A stretch of 64,000 bases of DNA from an uncultured Gammaproteobacteria bacterium (GTDB lineage Bacteria > Pseudomonadota > Gammaproteobacteria > UBA9214), in NCBI GenBank assembly GCA_963827755.1, contig CAWHCQ010000011.1, positions 96,001-160,000 of the forward strand. The letters are read 5' to 3'. Below the pieces are notes generated by a model that saw only the letters and a program-made list of their open reading frames with translations, was not told where the DNA came from and searched no databases. Shown piece by piece: positions 30,208 through 41,137 of this stretch. Position 1 is the stretch's first letter. The number at the start of each line of letters is the position of its first letter. A program made the position numbers and the translations under genes.

Positions 30208-30532
30208 ATGAAAAAAAATTCACTGGCAATCATCCCGGCCATCATCCTTGCCTTCGCCTCAACCCAGTTGATGGCAGCAGGTGGGAGAGATAAGGGTCAT
30301 AAAGTCATCGATTCGAATAAATTTACGGCAGTCTGTCATAAGGTCGATCACCCCAGAAATGTTAAAGGAAAGAATCCGTTACCGGATAGCCATCCGCAAC
30401 CGTTCTTGCTCTGGGTGCCGCATGTTGCAGTTGACAAGCACATAGCTCATGGAGATGAACCAGCGAACCAATATAGTACGAGATCCGGATGGAGGTCCAA
30501 CAACATTCGATTGTGGAGTAATACCCCAGTAA
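30208..30532 (+). CDS. Secreted His/Cys-rich small protein (VCHK...H..HGD...C); probable +1 frameshift near 30468, so the true stop is likely 30530-30532 rather than 30609
   Basis: RBS GAGG and signal peptide. The +1 frame after HGDEPA reads NIVRDPDGGPTTFDCGVIPQ* and ends just before a terminator. Confidence 0.7.
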
Positions 30533-30540
30533 TCATTACA

Positions 30541-30571
30541 AAAAAACCGGCCTGCAGGCCGGTTTATTTTT
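30541..30571. terminator. Bidirectional intrinsic terminator
   Basis: AAAAAACCGGCC-TGCA-GGCCGGTTTATTTTT. Confidence 0.8.
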
Positions 30572-30625
30572 GGTCGGTTTCTCAATCAAGGGGCGTCAGG
30601 CTCGATTGACTAGATTCCCTTCCCA

Positions 30626-30722
30626 GTAGGAGCCAGCGCCAGCTGGCGAATCTTGCTGTGACGCATGAACCCATTCGGCCAGCTAGGCGCTATTCCATTC
30701 GCCAGCTGGCGCTGGCTCCTAC
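30626..30722. repeat. REP doublet (family B) with a degenerate middle copy
   Basis: GTAGGAGCCAGCGCCAGCTGGCGAA (30626-30650), its exact reverse complement at 30698-30722, and a partial copy at about 30674-30692. Confidence 0.9.
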
Positions 30723-31105
30723 GATTGTTTGGTATTGGTATTGGTTTTGGGTTTGATTTGGTTGTTGTGGCGTATATACAGGATCGCGGCGATGAACCAG
30801 GTCGAGGTGAACAGGATCTCCAGCAGGCCGAGGTGGCGGGCGGTTTCCGAGGCGTAGGCCTCGCCGACGCCATGCATGAAATAGAGGGCTGCCAGGAAGC
30901 AACTCCACTGGAAGGTGTAGGGCCGCCCGTGCAGCAAGCCGCGCAGCGGGAACAACAGCGGCGTCAGCAGCACGATCAGAACGATGGCTGTCGGCGCGTA
31001 TTTCGAGGGTGCGAGCCAGCCATACCAGGCGGTGAGCAATGCGAGCGTGCCGAGGTAGCCAGCCAGTGCCAGGCCATAGAGGACGCGGGTGCCGGGCATC
31101 TGCAT
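30719..31105 (-). CDS. DUF2069 membrane protein
   Basis: PLL.PL.GLL.G.PYT..W..F....YF.HGV; directly downstream of wrbA. Confidence 0.85.
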   Translation of the reverse strand: MQMPGTRVLYGLALAGYLGTLALLTAWYGWLAPSKYAPTAIVLIVLLTPLLFPLRGLLHGRPYTFQWSCFLAALYFMHGVGEAYASETARHLGLLEILFTSTWFIAAILYIRHNNQIKPKTNTNTKQS

Positions 31106-31130
31106 GTCGGTGAAAGACCCGCTGCGTCTG

Positions 31131-32156
<1,026 letters not shown>

Positions 32157-32183
32157 GGTGGTTGCTTTCCGCTGGCGTGATCA

Positions 32184-33707
32184 TTATGTCCTGATGACAG
32201 GAATATCCGCGATGCGCATGCGCCATTCCTTTGGGCCGCTTTCGTGGATCGAGTTGCCGTGGACGTCGACGGCGACGGTCACCGGCATGTCCTCGACCTC
32301 GAATTCATAGACGGCCTCCATGCCCATTTCCGCAAAGGCGATCACTTTTGCCGCGCGGATGGCCTTCGATACCAGGTAGGCCGCACCACCGGTCGCGATC
32401 AGGTAGACCGCGCCATGGCGCGCGATCGACTCGATGGCCTGCGGGCCGCGTTCGGCCTTGCCGATCATGCCGAGCAGCCCGGTTTTCTCCAGCAGGGTGT
32501 CGGTAAACTTGTCCATGCGCGTGGCCGTGGTCGGGCCGGCCGGTCCCACCACTTCGCCGTGCACCGGGTCCACCGGGCCGACGTAATAGATAAAGCGCCC
32601 GTTGAAGTCGAGGCCATCGGGCAATGGCTCGCCGCGATCGAGCAGTTCGATAATGCGTTTGTGGGCGGCATCGCGGCCGGTGAGAAACTTGCCGCTGAGC
32701 AACAGGGTTTCACCGGGTTTCCAGTCGCGTACGGCCTGCCTGTCAAGCCGGTCAAGCTGTACCCGGCGGGTATGCTTGCCCGCTTCGCGGGTGATCGCCG
32801 GCCAGTCCTCGAGCCGTGGCGGGTCCAGTCGTGCCGGGCCGCTGCCGTCGAGGCTGAAGTGCACATGCCGGGTGGCGGCACAGTTGGGGATCAGGGCGAC
32901 GGGCTTGGAGGCGGCATGCGTCGGGTAGTCGCGGATCTTCACGTCGAGCACCGTGGTCAGTCCGCCAAGGCCCTGTGCACCGATGCCGAGGGCGTTGACC
33001 TTGTTGAAGATTTCCAGGCGCAGCTGTTCGAGCCGGGTGTTTGCCCCGCGTGCCTGCAGTTCATGAATGGTGACGGGCTCGAGGATGGCCTCCTTGGCCA
33101 GCAGCATGGCCTTTTCCGCCGTGCCACCGATGCCGATGCCGAGGATGCCCGGCGGACACCAGCCGGCGCCCATGGCCGGCACCTGTTCGAGCACCCAGGC
33201 GACGATGTCGTCACCGGGATTGAGGATGGCAAAGCGTGACTTGTTCTCCGAGCCGCCGCCCTTTGCGGCGACAATGATATCGACCCTGTCGCCGGGCACG
33301 ATGTCCTTGTGAATGACGGCGGGCGTGTTGTCGCCGGTGTTGCGGCGTTCCCCGGCCGGGTCGCTGACGATGGAGGCGCGCAGCGGGTTGTCCGCGTTAA
33401 CGTAGGCCTGGTGTACGCCCTCATTGATCATCTCGTCGATACTCATGTCGGTGTCCCAGCGCACCTCCATGCCGACCTTGAGAAAGACGTTGACGATACC
33501 GGTGTCCTGGCAGATCGGGCGATGGCCCTCGGCACACATGCGCGAGTTGATCAGGATCTGCGCCATGGCATCTTTGGCGGCGACCGATTGCTCCTGCTGG
33601 TACGCCTGGTGCAGGGCCTTGATGAAATCCGGCGGGTGAAAATAGGAGATATATTGCAGCGCGTCGCGGATACTGGTGATCAGGTCCTGTTTGTTGATTG
33701 TGCTCAT
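32184..33707 (-). CDS. fumA: Class I (Fe-S) fumarate hydratase
   Basis: RPICQDTG, KGGGSEN, GWCPPG, NCAATRH, GRDAAH and GPTTATRMD. Confidence 0.92.
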   Translation of the reverse strand: MSTINKQDLITSIRDALQYISYFHPPDFIKALHQAYQQEQSVAAKDAMAQILINSRMCAEGHRPICQDTGIVNVFLKVGMEVRWDTDMSIDEMINEGVHQAYVNADNPLRASIVSDPAGERRNTGDNTPAVIHKDIVPGDRVDIIVAAKGGGSENKSRFAILNPGDDIVAWVLEQVPAMGAGWCPPGILGIGIGGTAEKAMLLAKEAILEPVTIHELQARGANTRLEQLRLEIFNKVNALGIGAQGLGGLTTVLDVKIRDYPTHAASKPVALIPNCAATRHVHFSLDGSGPARLDPPRLEDWPAITREAGKHTRRVQLDRLDRQAVRDWKPGETLLLSGKFLTGRDAAHKRIIELLDRGEPLPDGLDFNGRFIYYVGPVDPVHGEVVGPAGPTTATRMDKFTDTLLEKTGLLGMIGKAERGPQAIESIARHGAVYLIATGGAAYLVSKAIRAAKVIAFAEMGMEAVYEFEVEDMPVTVAVDVHGNSIHESGPKEWRMRIADIPVIRT

Positions 33708-33897
33708 GCGCGCTTTTTTACCGGAACCTTGTCCAGGGGGGTCGGTCTCAATTGTAGCCGTTTCACCGACAGTTCGTACATCCCGCCGGCAGACCAGGAC
33801 CGGCGTATTCGCCGTGCCGGGGATACGATCGTGTGCGCAGGTGAGCGGACACGTCCCCAGGGGGTATAATCAACCCCCGTTTACGAAGGAGTTGATG

Positions 33898-34416
33898 ATG
33901 CGTCTACTGGTACTGATTGCGGCAATGTTTACGGCCCTGCCGAGTGTTGCGGAGACCGTTGATTTCACCCTGCCTGACCTGCAGGGCAAGCCGGTATCCC
34001 TGTCGGATTACCGCGGCAAATGGGTGGTTGTGAATTACTGGGCGACCTGGTGTCCGCCCTGCCTGGAAGAAATCCCGGATCTTGTCGGGTTTTACGAGGA
34101 CAATCGTGACAAGGGTGTGGTGGTGATCGGGATTGATTTTGAAGAGGTCAATCTTGACTACCTGAAGGAATTTGTGGATACCCATTTTATTTCCTACCCG
34201 GTGCTGCGCATGGCGCCGGGACCGGTCACTGAACTCGGCCCGGTGCAGGGTCTGCCGACGACCTACATTATTTCGCCGCAGGGTGAAAGCCTCGCCCGCC
34301 AGGAGGGGCCGATCACCCGCGCGGCGCTTGAAGCCTACCTGGCGCGCAAGCGCGAGCAGTCGGCGAACCGGGCGCCGGTTCTTGCTGCCCGCTCGCGCCC
34401 CCCGATCCAGCCCTGA
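33898..34416 (+). CDS. TlpA-family disulfide reductase
   Basis: RBS AAGGAG, signal peptide, [15 protein letters not shown] and GLPTTY. Confidence 0.9.
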   Translation: MRLLVLIAAMFTALPSVAETVDFTLPDLQGKPVSLSDYRGKWVVVNYWATWCPPCLEEIPDLVGFYEDNRDKGVVVIGIDFEEVNLDYLKEFVDTHFISYPVLRMAPGPVTELGPVQGLPTTYIISPQGESLARQEGPITRAALEAYLARKREQSANRAPVLAARSRPPIQP

Positions 34417-34424
34417 CCAGCCGC

Positions 34425-34691
34425 ATGGATTGCCTGCGTTGTTTGGTTACCGGGCGGGTGCAGGGCGTTTTCTTCCGCGCTTCAACACGTAAACAGGCAC
34501 AGCAACTGGGCCTGACGGGGCATGTGCGCAACCTGCCGGACGGCCGGGTGGAGGTCGTTGCCTGTGGCGGCCAGGCGGGGCTCGAGGCCTTGCAGGCCTG
34601 GCTATGGCAGGGGCCGCCGCATGCACAGGTGAGTGATGTCAGTTGTGAAACCTGTACGGCGCCTGTCCGCGACGGCTTCAGCGTTATTTGA
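34425..34691 (+). CDS. acyP: Acylphosphatase
   Basis: [20 protein letters not shown] and GPP.A.V. Confidence 0.93.
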   Translation: MDCLRCLVTGRVQGVFFRASTRKQAQQLGLTGHVRNLPDGRVEVVACGGQAGLEALQAWLWQGPPHAQVSDVSCETCTAPVRDGFSVI

Positions 34692-34705
34692 CCGGCTGGA
34701 TTACA

Positions 34706-36337
34706 TCAGCCGTATTCTGCCTGCGCCACCGGGGCATGGGCTGGCGTGAGAATGGTGTCCGCGGGCGGTTTCGAGGTATCGGTGTGCGGGTAATCCAGGG
34801 TGTAGTGCAGGCCGCGGCTTTCCTTGCGTTGCTGGGCGCAGCGGATGATCAGGGCCGACACCTGGGCGAGGTTGCGTAGCTCCAGCAGGTCATTTGAAAC
34901 GGTGAAATTGCTGTAATACTCCTGGATTTCCTGCTCCAGCAGATCGACGCGCCGCCAGGCCCGTTCGAGGCGCTTGTTGGTGCGCACGATGCCCACGTAG
35001 TTCCACATGCAACGGCGCAGTTCATCCCAGTTGTGACTGACCACGACCTCTTCGTCGGAATCCCTGACCCGGGATTCGTCCCAGGCCGGTATGGCCAGTA
35101 CGGGGGGCGTGTCGTCCAGCGTCCTGTCGATGTGCGCGCCGGCAGCCGCGGCGAAGACCACGCATTCCAGCAGTGAATTGCTGGCCATGCGGTTGGCGCC
35201 GTGCAAGCCGGTGCAGGCGACTTCGCCAATGGCATACAGGCCGGGCAGGTCGGTTTGCCCGTTCAGGTCGGTGACGACACCCCCGCAGGTGTAGTGAGCG
35301 GCCGGCACCACCGGGATGGGCTCCAGTGTCATGTCATAGCCGAGTTCGCGACAGCGGGCATAGACGGTTGGAAAGTGCTTCCTGATAAGGGGAGCCGGTT
35401 TGTGGCTGATGTCCAGCAGAACGTATTCGACACCGAGGCGCTTCATTTCATGGTCGATGGCGCGTGCCACGATGTCCCGGGGTGCAAGATTGCCGCGCTC
35501 GTCAAAGTGTTCCATGAAGGGCGTGCCATCCGGCAGCAGTAACTGTCCGCCTTCACCGCGCACCGCCTCGGTCACAAGGAAAGACTTGGCCTTGGGGTGG
35601 AACAGGCAGGTCGGGTGGAACTGGTTGAATTCCATGTTGGCGACCCGGCAACCGGCGCGCCAGGCCATGGCAATGCCGTCGCCGCTGGAGGTATCCGGAT
35701 TGCTGGTGTAGAGGTAGGCCTTGCTGGCGCCGCCGGTTGCCAGCACGACCTTGCGGGCCGCGAACACCTCGACGCTTTGCCGGTCCCGGTCCAGAACATA
35801 GGCACCGAGGACCCGGTTCTCGGGCAGTCCCAGCTTGGCGCCTGTGACCAGGTCAACGGCAATGTGGTTCGCGAAGAGGCTGATATTCGGCCGCCTTTTG
35901 GCCGCGTCCAGCAGGCTGGTCTCGATGGCGCGCCCGGTTGCATCGTCGGCATGCAGTACCCGTCGGGTAGAATGGCCGCCTTCGCGGGTAAGATGAAAGG
36001 CCTGCTTGTTTTCCGCTGCCGGGTGGTGGGTAAACGACACGCCGATATCGACCAGCCAGCGAATTGCCTCGGGGGCGTTTTCAACGGTAAAGCGAACGAC
36101 GTCCGGCTTGTTGAGTCCGGCACCGGCATCGAGGGTATCCTCGATATGCGACTCGAAGGAGTCGTCCGGGTCGGTGACGGCCGAGATCCCGCCCTGGGCA
36201 TACAGGGTGCAGCCTTCTTCGAGATGGTCCTTGGCAATCACGGCAACCTGGACACTCTCGGGCAGACGCAGGGCAAGGCTGAGCCCGGCGCCACCGCTGC
36301 CGATGATGAGGACGTCATGGGTATGTGTCGGTGCCAT
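34706..36337 (-). CDS. nadB: L-aspartate oxidase
   Basis: [31 protein letters not shown] and [15 protein letters not shown]; divergent from rpoE. Confidence 0.97.
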   Translation of the reverse strand: MAPTHTHDVLIIGSGGAGLSLALRLPESVQVAVIAKDHLEEGCTLYAQGGISAVTDPDDSFESHIEDTLDAGAGLNKPDVVRFTVENAPEAIRWLVDIGVSFTHHPAAENKQAFHLTREGGHSTRRVLHADDATGRAIETSLLDAAKRRPNISLFANHIAVDLVTGAKLGLPENRVLGAYVLDRDRQSVEVFAARKVVLATGGASKAYLYTSNPDTSSGDGIAMAWRAGCRVANMEFNQFHPTCLFHPKAKSFLVTEAVRGEGGQLLLPDGTPFMEHFDERGNLAPRDIVARAIDHEMKRLGVEYVLLDISHKPAPLIRKHFPTVYARCRELGYDMTLEPIPVVPAAHYTCGGVVTDLNGQTDLPGLYAIGEVACTGLHGANRMASNSLLECVVFAAAAGAHIDRTLDDTPPVLAIPAWDESRVRDSDEEVVVSHNWDELRRCMWNYVGIVRTNKRLERAWRRVDLLEQEIQEYYSNFTVSNDLLELRNLAQVSALIIRCAQQRKESRGLHYTLDYPHTDTSKPPADTILTPAHAPVAQAEYG

Positions 36338-36610
36338 TGGCTGATTATGCGTTGATCAGGTGATTTTTCATCCCTATTGATGCATTTTTATTCCGGAAAA
36401 AGCAAAAAGAGATAATCCCGAATGCTGCAGGCAAGAATACGTTATGAATTCGCGACCCGGGCGAGCCGGCGAGAGTAATTCTTTCTAGATGCCCGCCAAG
36501 CAGGTAATGTTGGTGTTACGGGCGGGAATTGGCCGGCTGACCGGGGTTGATCGCGACCGGCACAGGCAGCGGAATCTGGTTCCAAGCCCCCGATTTTTAA
36601 TGAAATCTCT

Positions 36611-36637
36611 GAACTATTTTGTCCTGATGGGGTCAAT
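36611..36637 (+). promoter_or_regulatory. SigmaE-dependent (autoregulatory) promoter of rpoE
   Basis: GAACTA-N16-TCAAT 35 nt upstream of the rpoE ATG, close to the RpoE/AlgU consensus GAACTT-N16/17-TCnnA. Confidence 0.7.
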
Positions 36638-36671
36638 CGGACGTGTTCCGGGTTGAAGGGAGAAGGCCCGG

Positions 36672-37247
36672 ATGGGCGAACGAGGCATCGATTACGCACT
36701 GGTGAAGCGGGTCCAGCAGGGTGACAAGGCGGCATTTGACATCCTCGTCCTGAAATACCAGAACAAAATCATCCAGTTGGTGAATCGCTACGTGCGTGAC
36801 CCCGACGAGGCGATGGATGTGTCACAGGAGGCCTTTATCAAGGCCTACAAGGCCATCGGGCGTTTTCGCGGCGACAGTGCGTTCTACACGTGGATATACC
36901 GGATCGCGATCAATACCGCGAAGAACTACCTGGTGGCGAGCAAGCGCCGCCCCCCGAAAGGGGATATCGATGCCAGTGAAGCGGAACAATATGAGGGTGC
37001 TTCCGGTCTGAAGGAATATGCAACACCGGAGCATATGCTGTTGAGAGATGAAATAAAGGAAACCGTCGCGCGCGCCATTGACGATTTGCCTGATGACCTG
37101 CGCACCGCGATTACCCTGCGCGAGCTGGAAGGTCTGAGTTACGAAGAGATTGCACAGACCATGGAGTGTCCGATCGGCACCGTGCGATCAAGGATTTTCA
37201 GGGCCAGGGATGCGATAGATACCAGGTTGAAACCCTTACTCGAGTAA
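36672..37247 (+). CDS. rpoE: RNA polymerase sigma factor RpoE/AlgU
   Basis: FRGDSAFYTW.YRIAINTAKNYL and GLSYEEIA..M.CPIGTVRSRIFRAR. Confidence 0.97.
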   Translation: MGERGIDYALVKRVQQGDKAAFDILVLKYQNKIIQLVNRYVRDPDEAMDVSQEAFIKAYKAIGRFRGDSAFYTWIYRIAINTAKNYLVASKRRPPKGDIDASEAEQYEGASGLKEYATPEHMLLRDEIKETVARAIDDLPDDLRTAITLRELEGLSYEEIAQTMECPIGTVRSRIFRARDAIDTRLKPLLE

Positions 37248-37265
37248 AGAAACGGATCAGTCATC

Positions 37266-37817
37266 ATGAAAGAAAAATTACACGAACAATTGTCGGCGCT
37301 GGTCGATAATGAACTGGAAGAGCCAGAGCAGGCGTTGCTGTTCAGGCAACTGGCGGGCGATGCACAATTGTCGCAGCGTCTGTCACGTTACCAGCTCATC
37401 AGTGATGCCTTGCAGAATCATCTGCCTGCAAGGTTCGCCAGCGGGTTCCACCAGCGTGTGCAGGCTGCGCTGAGCGATGAACCGCCCGTGCATGCGCAAC
37501 ATTCAATCCTTGCCAGCTGGTTCAAGCCGGTGGCCGGTGTTGCGCTGGCAGCCTCGGTGGCCATGGTGGCAGTTCTGTCATTGCAGTCTGTCCGCGAGGA
37601 TGGCGCGGATGAGGTACCGGTGCTGGCGAGCGCAGGAGTGCGTGACAGTTATATCCGTGCGGCTGCGGATGATGCAGTGCAATCCGGAGAACCGGGCAAG
37701 GGTGCCCAGAACCTGGAGATTTACCTGGCAAATCACAGTGAATATGCCGTCAGCCGCGGCATACTGCCCTATGTGCGTCTGGTCGGCCATGATATGAACC
37801 CTGACAACAAGGATTGA
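37266..37817 (+). CDS. rseA: Anti-sigmaE factor RseA/MucA
   Basis: E.LSAL.D.EL, RYQLI.DAL, TM ALAASVA and YL..H; position after rpoE. Confidence 0.9.
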   Translation: MKEKLHEQLSALVDNELEEPEQALLFRQLAGDAQLSQRLSRYQLISDALQNHLPARFASGFHQRVQAALSDEPPVHAQHSILASWFKPVAGVALAASVAMVAVLSLQSVREDGADEVPVLASAGVRDSYIRAAADDAVQSGEPGKGAQNLEIYLANHSEYAVSRGILPYVRLVGHDMNPDNKD

Positions 37818-37821
37818 TGGC

Positions 37822-38775
37822 GTGAGATGGCTGGTTGTTGTACTGCTGACGGCTGCCGGCCAGGTAGTGGCAGGGGAGAGCGCACGTCAATGGCTGGATG
37901 ATATGTCCGCTGCCCTGCAAACACTCGATTACGACGGCACTTTTGTTTATCTTCATGGTGACAAGCTGGAAACGATGCGTATCGTTCACCAGCTGAAGGA
38001 GGGCGGCGAAAAGGAACGCCTGGTGGCCCTTACCGGCAGTCCCCGCGAAGTGCTGCGCGATGACCGCGTGGTGACCTGTATCATGCCGGATAACAAGTCT
38101 GTGATGATCGGTATGAGCCGCCCACGCCAGCCTTTCCCTGAAGTCCCCAGGGACCTGGATGCATTGTCCCGTTACTATCACCTCGAAGATGCGGGCGAAG
38201 ATCGTATGGCGGGTTATGAGACCCGTGTCATAAAGATAAAACCGAAGGACGCCTTTCGTTACGGATACAGTTTCTGGATTGACACGAATACCAGGATGCT
38301 GATCAAGTACGACCTGACCGGCGCGCAAGGCCGGGCCATCGAGCAGGTCATGTTTACCAGCCTGGATATCGGCAAGGGGATTTCCGCCGAGGCACTGAAA
38401 CCATCGCTCAGCGGTGATGGTTATACCTGGCACCGGCAGGAAAACGCCAAGCGCAGGCCGCAGCAGAATACCGATGCACCGGGCTGGACGGTGGGCAGTC
38501 TGCCGGCCGGTTTCAGGATGGTCAATTTCCAGCACAAGCGTATTCGACGGGACGGCGCATCGACTGAACATATGGTCTTCAGTGATGGCCTGGCAACCGT
38601 ATCTGTTTACGTGGAGAAGCTGGCGGAGGGCAAGACCCCGGTCACAGGCCTTTCAAGCATGGGTGCGATGAACGCCTATCGTGCAGCGGTGGATGGTTAC
38701 CAGGTGACCGTCATTGGCGAGGTGCCGCGCGCCACGGTGCAAATGATCGCGCATTCAGTCAGCCGTCCATCCTGA
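37822..38775 (+). CDS. rseB: RseB/MucB periplasmic regulator
   Basis: L.YDGTFVY, ERL..L.G..RE, SDGLA.VSVYVE and GEVP..T. Confidence 0.92.
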   Translation: MRWLVVVLLTAAGQVVAGESARQWLDDMSAALQTLDYDGTFVYLHGDKLETMRIVHQLKEGGEKERLVALTGSPREVLRDDRVVTCIMPDNKSVMIGMSRPRQPFPEVPRDLDALSRYYHLEDAGEDRMAGYETRVIKIKPKDAFRYGYSFWIDTNTRMLIKYDLTGAQGRAIEQVMFTSLDIGKGISAEALKPSLSGDGYTWHRQENAKRRPQQNTDAPGWTVGSLPAGFRMVNFQHKRIRRDGASTEHMVFSDGLATVSVYVEKLAEGKTPVTGLSSMGAMNAYRAAVDGYQVTVIGEVPRATVQMIAHSVSRPS

Positions 38776-38783
38776 TGTGAATC

Positions 38784-39260
38784 ATGATTGAAGAAACGGG
38801 CCATGTTGTTGATGTTCAGGGTGCCTATGCCTGGATCGAAAGTGAGCGTACCTCGACCTGCGGTGCCTGTCATGTGCGCAAGGGCTGCGGCACAGCGGTG
38901 CTGGCAAAGGTGCTGGGGCAGCGCAGGCTGCATTTACGCGTCTTGAACCGGATCAATGCCCGGGTTGGCGATGCCGTTGTCATCGGCATAGCGGAGTCGG
39001 GCCTGGTACGGGGATCACTGGCGGTGTATGCCCTGCCCCTGGTGGCTTTGTTTGCCGGTGCTGTTGCCGGCAATGTCCTGGGCCATTATTTCTTCCCTGA
39101 CAGGTCAGAACTTCTGGCAATTACAGGCGCGTTGGCGGGTCTTGTGGCTGGACTGTTCTGGTTAAAGCGATTCAGCCGGCTGACCGAGGCGGATGCGTCA
39201 TACCAGCCGGTGATCCTGCGCAAGCAGATCTTTACACAGCGTGTCCAGGGTCCTGCATAG
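38784..39260 (+). CDS. rseC: RseC/MucC
   Basis: MIEE.G.V, C..C....CG and VY.LPL. Confidence 0.92.
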   Translation: MIEETGHVVDVQGAYAWIESERTSTCGACHVRKGCGTAVLAKVLGQRRLHLRVLNRINARVGDAVVIGIAESGLVRGSLAVYALPLVALFAGAVAGNVLGHYFFPDRSELLAITGALAGLVAGLFWLKRFSRLTEADASYQPVILRKQIFTQRVQGPA

Positions 39261-39315
39261 GATGGCTGGATCACATGTTCGTTTGTATTAACCTATCAAG
39301 TATGGAGATGAAAGA

Positions 39316-40743
39316 ATGTTGAATGTACGCAGGTATGCCGTTTTCGCGTGGCTAACAGTTATTCCCTTGTTGTTGTGCATGCAGGCTGTCAGGGCATCTC
39401 ACATGCCCGAATTCACCGACCTGGTGAAAAATACCCGTGCAGCCGTGGTTAACATCAGCACAACCCAGAAGGTAAAGAGCGGTATGCCACAACTCCCCGA
39501 GGGGTTCGAGATTCCGGAATTCCCGAAAGACAGCCCGTTTGGCGAACTGTTCAAGCACTTCTTTGACCAGGAGGAAGATACGCCGCTTTACCGGGATGCA
39601 AAGTCACTGGGTTCCGGGTTTATTATTTCTCCAGATGGGTACGTACTGACTAATTATCACGTGGTGCAGAATGCCGAGGAAATCATCGTGCGGCTGAGTG
39701 ACCGGCGTGAACTGGTGGCCGAGCTTGTTGGAGAAGACAAGCGCAGTGACGTTGCCTTGCTGAAGATCGATGCCAGCAACTTGCCGGTTGCAAAAATCGG
39801 CAAGTCAAGTGATCTTGAAGTGGGCGAATGGGTAGTGGCCATTGGATCACCGTTCGGTTTTGATCATTCGGCGACGGCCGGTATCGTCAGTGCCAAGGGC
39901 CGCAGTTTGCCGCGTGAAAACTACGTGCCGTTTATCCAGACTGACGTGGCGATCAACCCGGGCAATTCCGGCGGGCCCCTGTTCAACCAGCATGGTGAAG
40001 TGGTCGGTGTAAATTCACAGATCTACAGTCGTACCGGCGGCTACATGGGGTTGTCTTTTGCGATTCCGATTGAAGTGGCCATGGACGTGGTTGACCAGTT
40101 GAAGACGAGCGGAAGGGTGAGCCGCGGCTGGCTGGGTGTTCTCATCCAGGATGTGACGCTTGACCTGGCGGAATCGTTTGGCATGAACCATCCGCGCGGT
40201 GCACTGGTTGCGAAGGTGTTGCCGAGCAGCCCGGCGGAGGATGCCGGTATCCGGGTCGGTGATGTGATCGTGGCCTTCGACGGGAAGGCCGTGGGCAGGT
40301 CTTCGGCCCTGCCGCCGATTGTCGGCAGCAGCAAGGTGGGCGTGAAGATTCCCGTTGACGTGATACGCAGCGGGAAACAGATCGTGGTCAAGGTGAAGCT
40401 GGGTGAATTACCTGAAGATGAAACACAGGCCAGAAAGCACGAACCGGCAGCCGAGAAAGTCAACCGGATTGGTCTTGGCGTGATCGACCTGAATGACGAT
40501 CAACTGGAAGAGCTCGAAATCGATTATGGTGTCCTGGTAAACCAGGTCGTCAGCGGCACGGCATCGAGGGCGGGCATCCGTGAGGGTGATGTGATTCTGA
40601 GCATCGATAACAAGCCGGTGAAAAGCGTGAAACAGTTCCAGTCAATGGTCAGTGAACTGGCCGCGGGCAAGTCGATTGCCGTGCTCTTGCAGCGTAACGG
40701 GAGTCCGACCTTCCTGGCTATCAAGGTGCCTGATGACGAGTAG
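39316..40743 (+). CDS. degP: DegP/MucD serine endoprotease with two PDZ domains
   Basis: GSGFII, TN.HVV, QTDVAINPGNSGGPL and two PDZ domains. Confidence 0.93.
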   Translation: MLNVRRYAVFAWLTVIPLLLCMQAVRASHMPEFTDLVKNTRAAVVNISTTQKVKSGMPQLPEGFEIPEFPKDSPFGELFKHFFDQEEDTPLYRDAKSLGSGFIISPDGYVLTNYHVVQNAEEIIVRLSDRRELVAELVGEDKRSDVALLKIDASNLPVAKIGKSSDLEVGEWVVAIGSPFGFDHSATAGIVSAKGRSLPRENYVPFIQTDVAINPGNSGGPLFNQHGEVVGVNSQIYSRTGGYMGLSFAIPIEVAMDVVDQLKTSGRVSRGWLGVLIQDVTLDLAESFGMNHPRGALVAKVLPSSPAEDAGIRVGDVIVAFDGKAVGRSSALPPIVGSSKVGVKIPVDVIRSGKQIVVKVKLGELPEDETQARKHEPAAEKVNRIGLGVIDLNDDQLEELEIDYGVLVNQVVSGTASRAGIREGDVILSIDNKPVKSVKQFQSMVSELAAGKSIAVLLQRNGSPTFLAIKVPDDE

Positions 40744-40745
40744 GG

Positions 40746-41009
40746 GTGTTGATTGATGTGACGCCCCGGCTGACGGTCTTCATGCGCAGGGGCTGTCACC
40801 TGTGTACCGATATGCTGCAGGCGCTGGAGCGCCTGCAGCCGGAACTCGGATTTGAAGTCACGCAGGTCGATATTGACCGCGACCCCGAACTGCAGCGTCG
40901 CTATGATACCCGTGTACCGGTACTGCTCACTGGTGATACCGAGATCTGTTACTACTTCCTTGAAGAACAACGGCTGCGTGACTGTCTCCACGGCCCTGAG
41001 CGCGAGTGA
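40746..41009 (+). CDS. Glutaredoxin-like protein (DUF836)
   Basis: R.GCHLC, VDID.DP.L..RY..RVPVL. Confidence 0.85.
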   Translation: MLIDVTPRLTVFMRRGCHLCTDMLQALERLQPELGFEVTQVDIDRDPELQRRYDTRVPVLLTGDTEICYYFLEEQRLRDCLHGPERE

Positions 41010-41137
41010 CTTGCCGGCAGCTTGCTGTATAATAAAAACCTTACAGCTAATCAGTTACTTGTGCTATACACGTGTAGTTCCCCTAATGCATCAGGCTGTC
41101 CTGGCTCTATGATTCAGGGCCGGGTTTCCAGCATCAC

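Noticed and set aside
30533-30609. Annotated C-terminal extension of the 30208 ORF
   Set aside because: It runs through an intrinsic terminator; the +1 frame gives a more plausible end at 30532.
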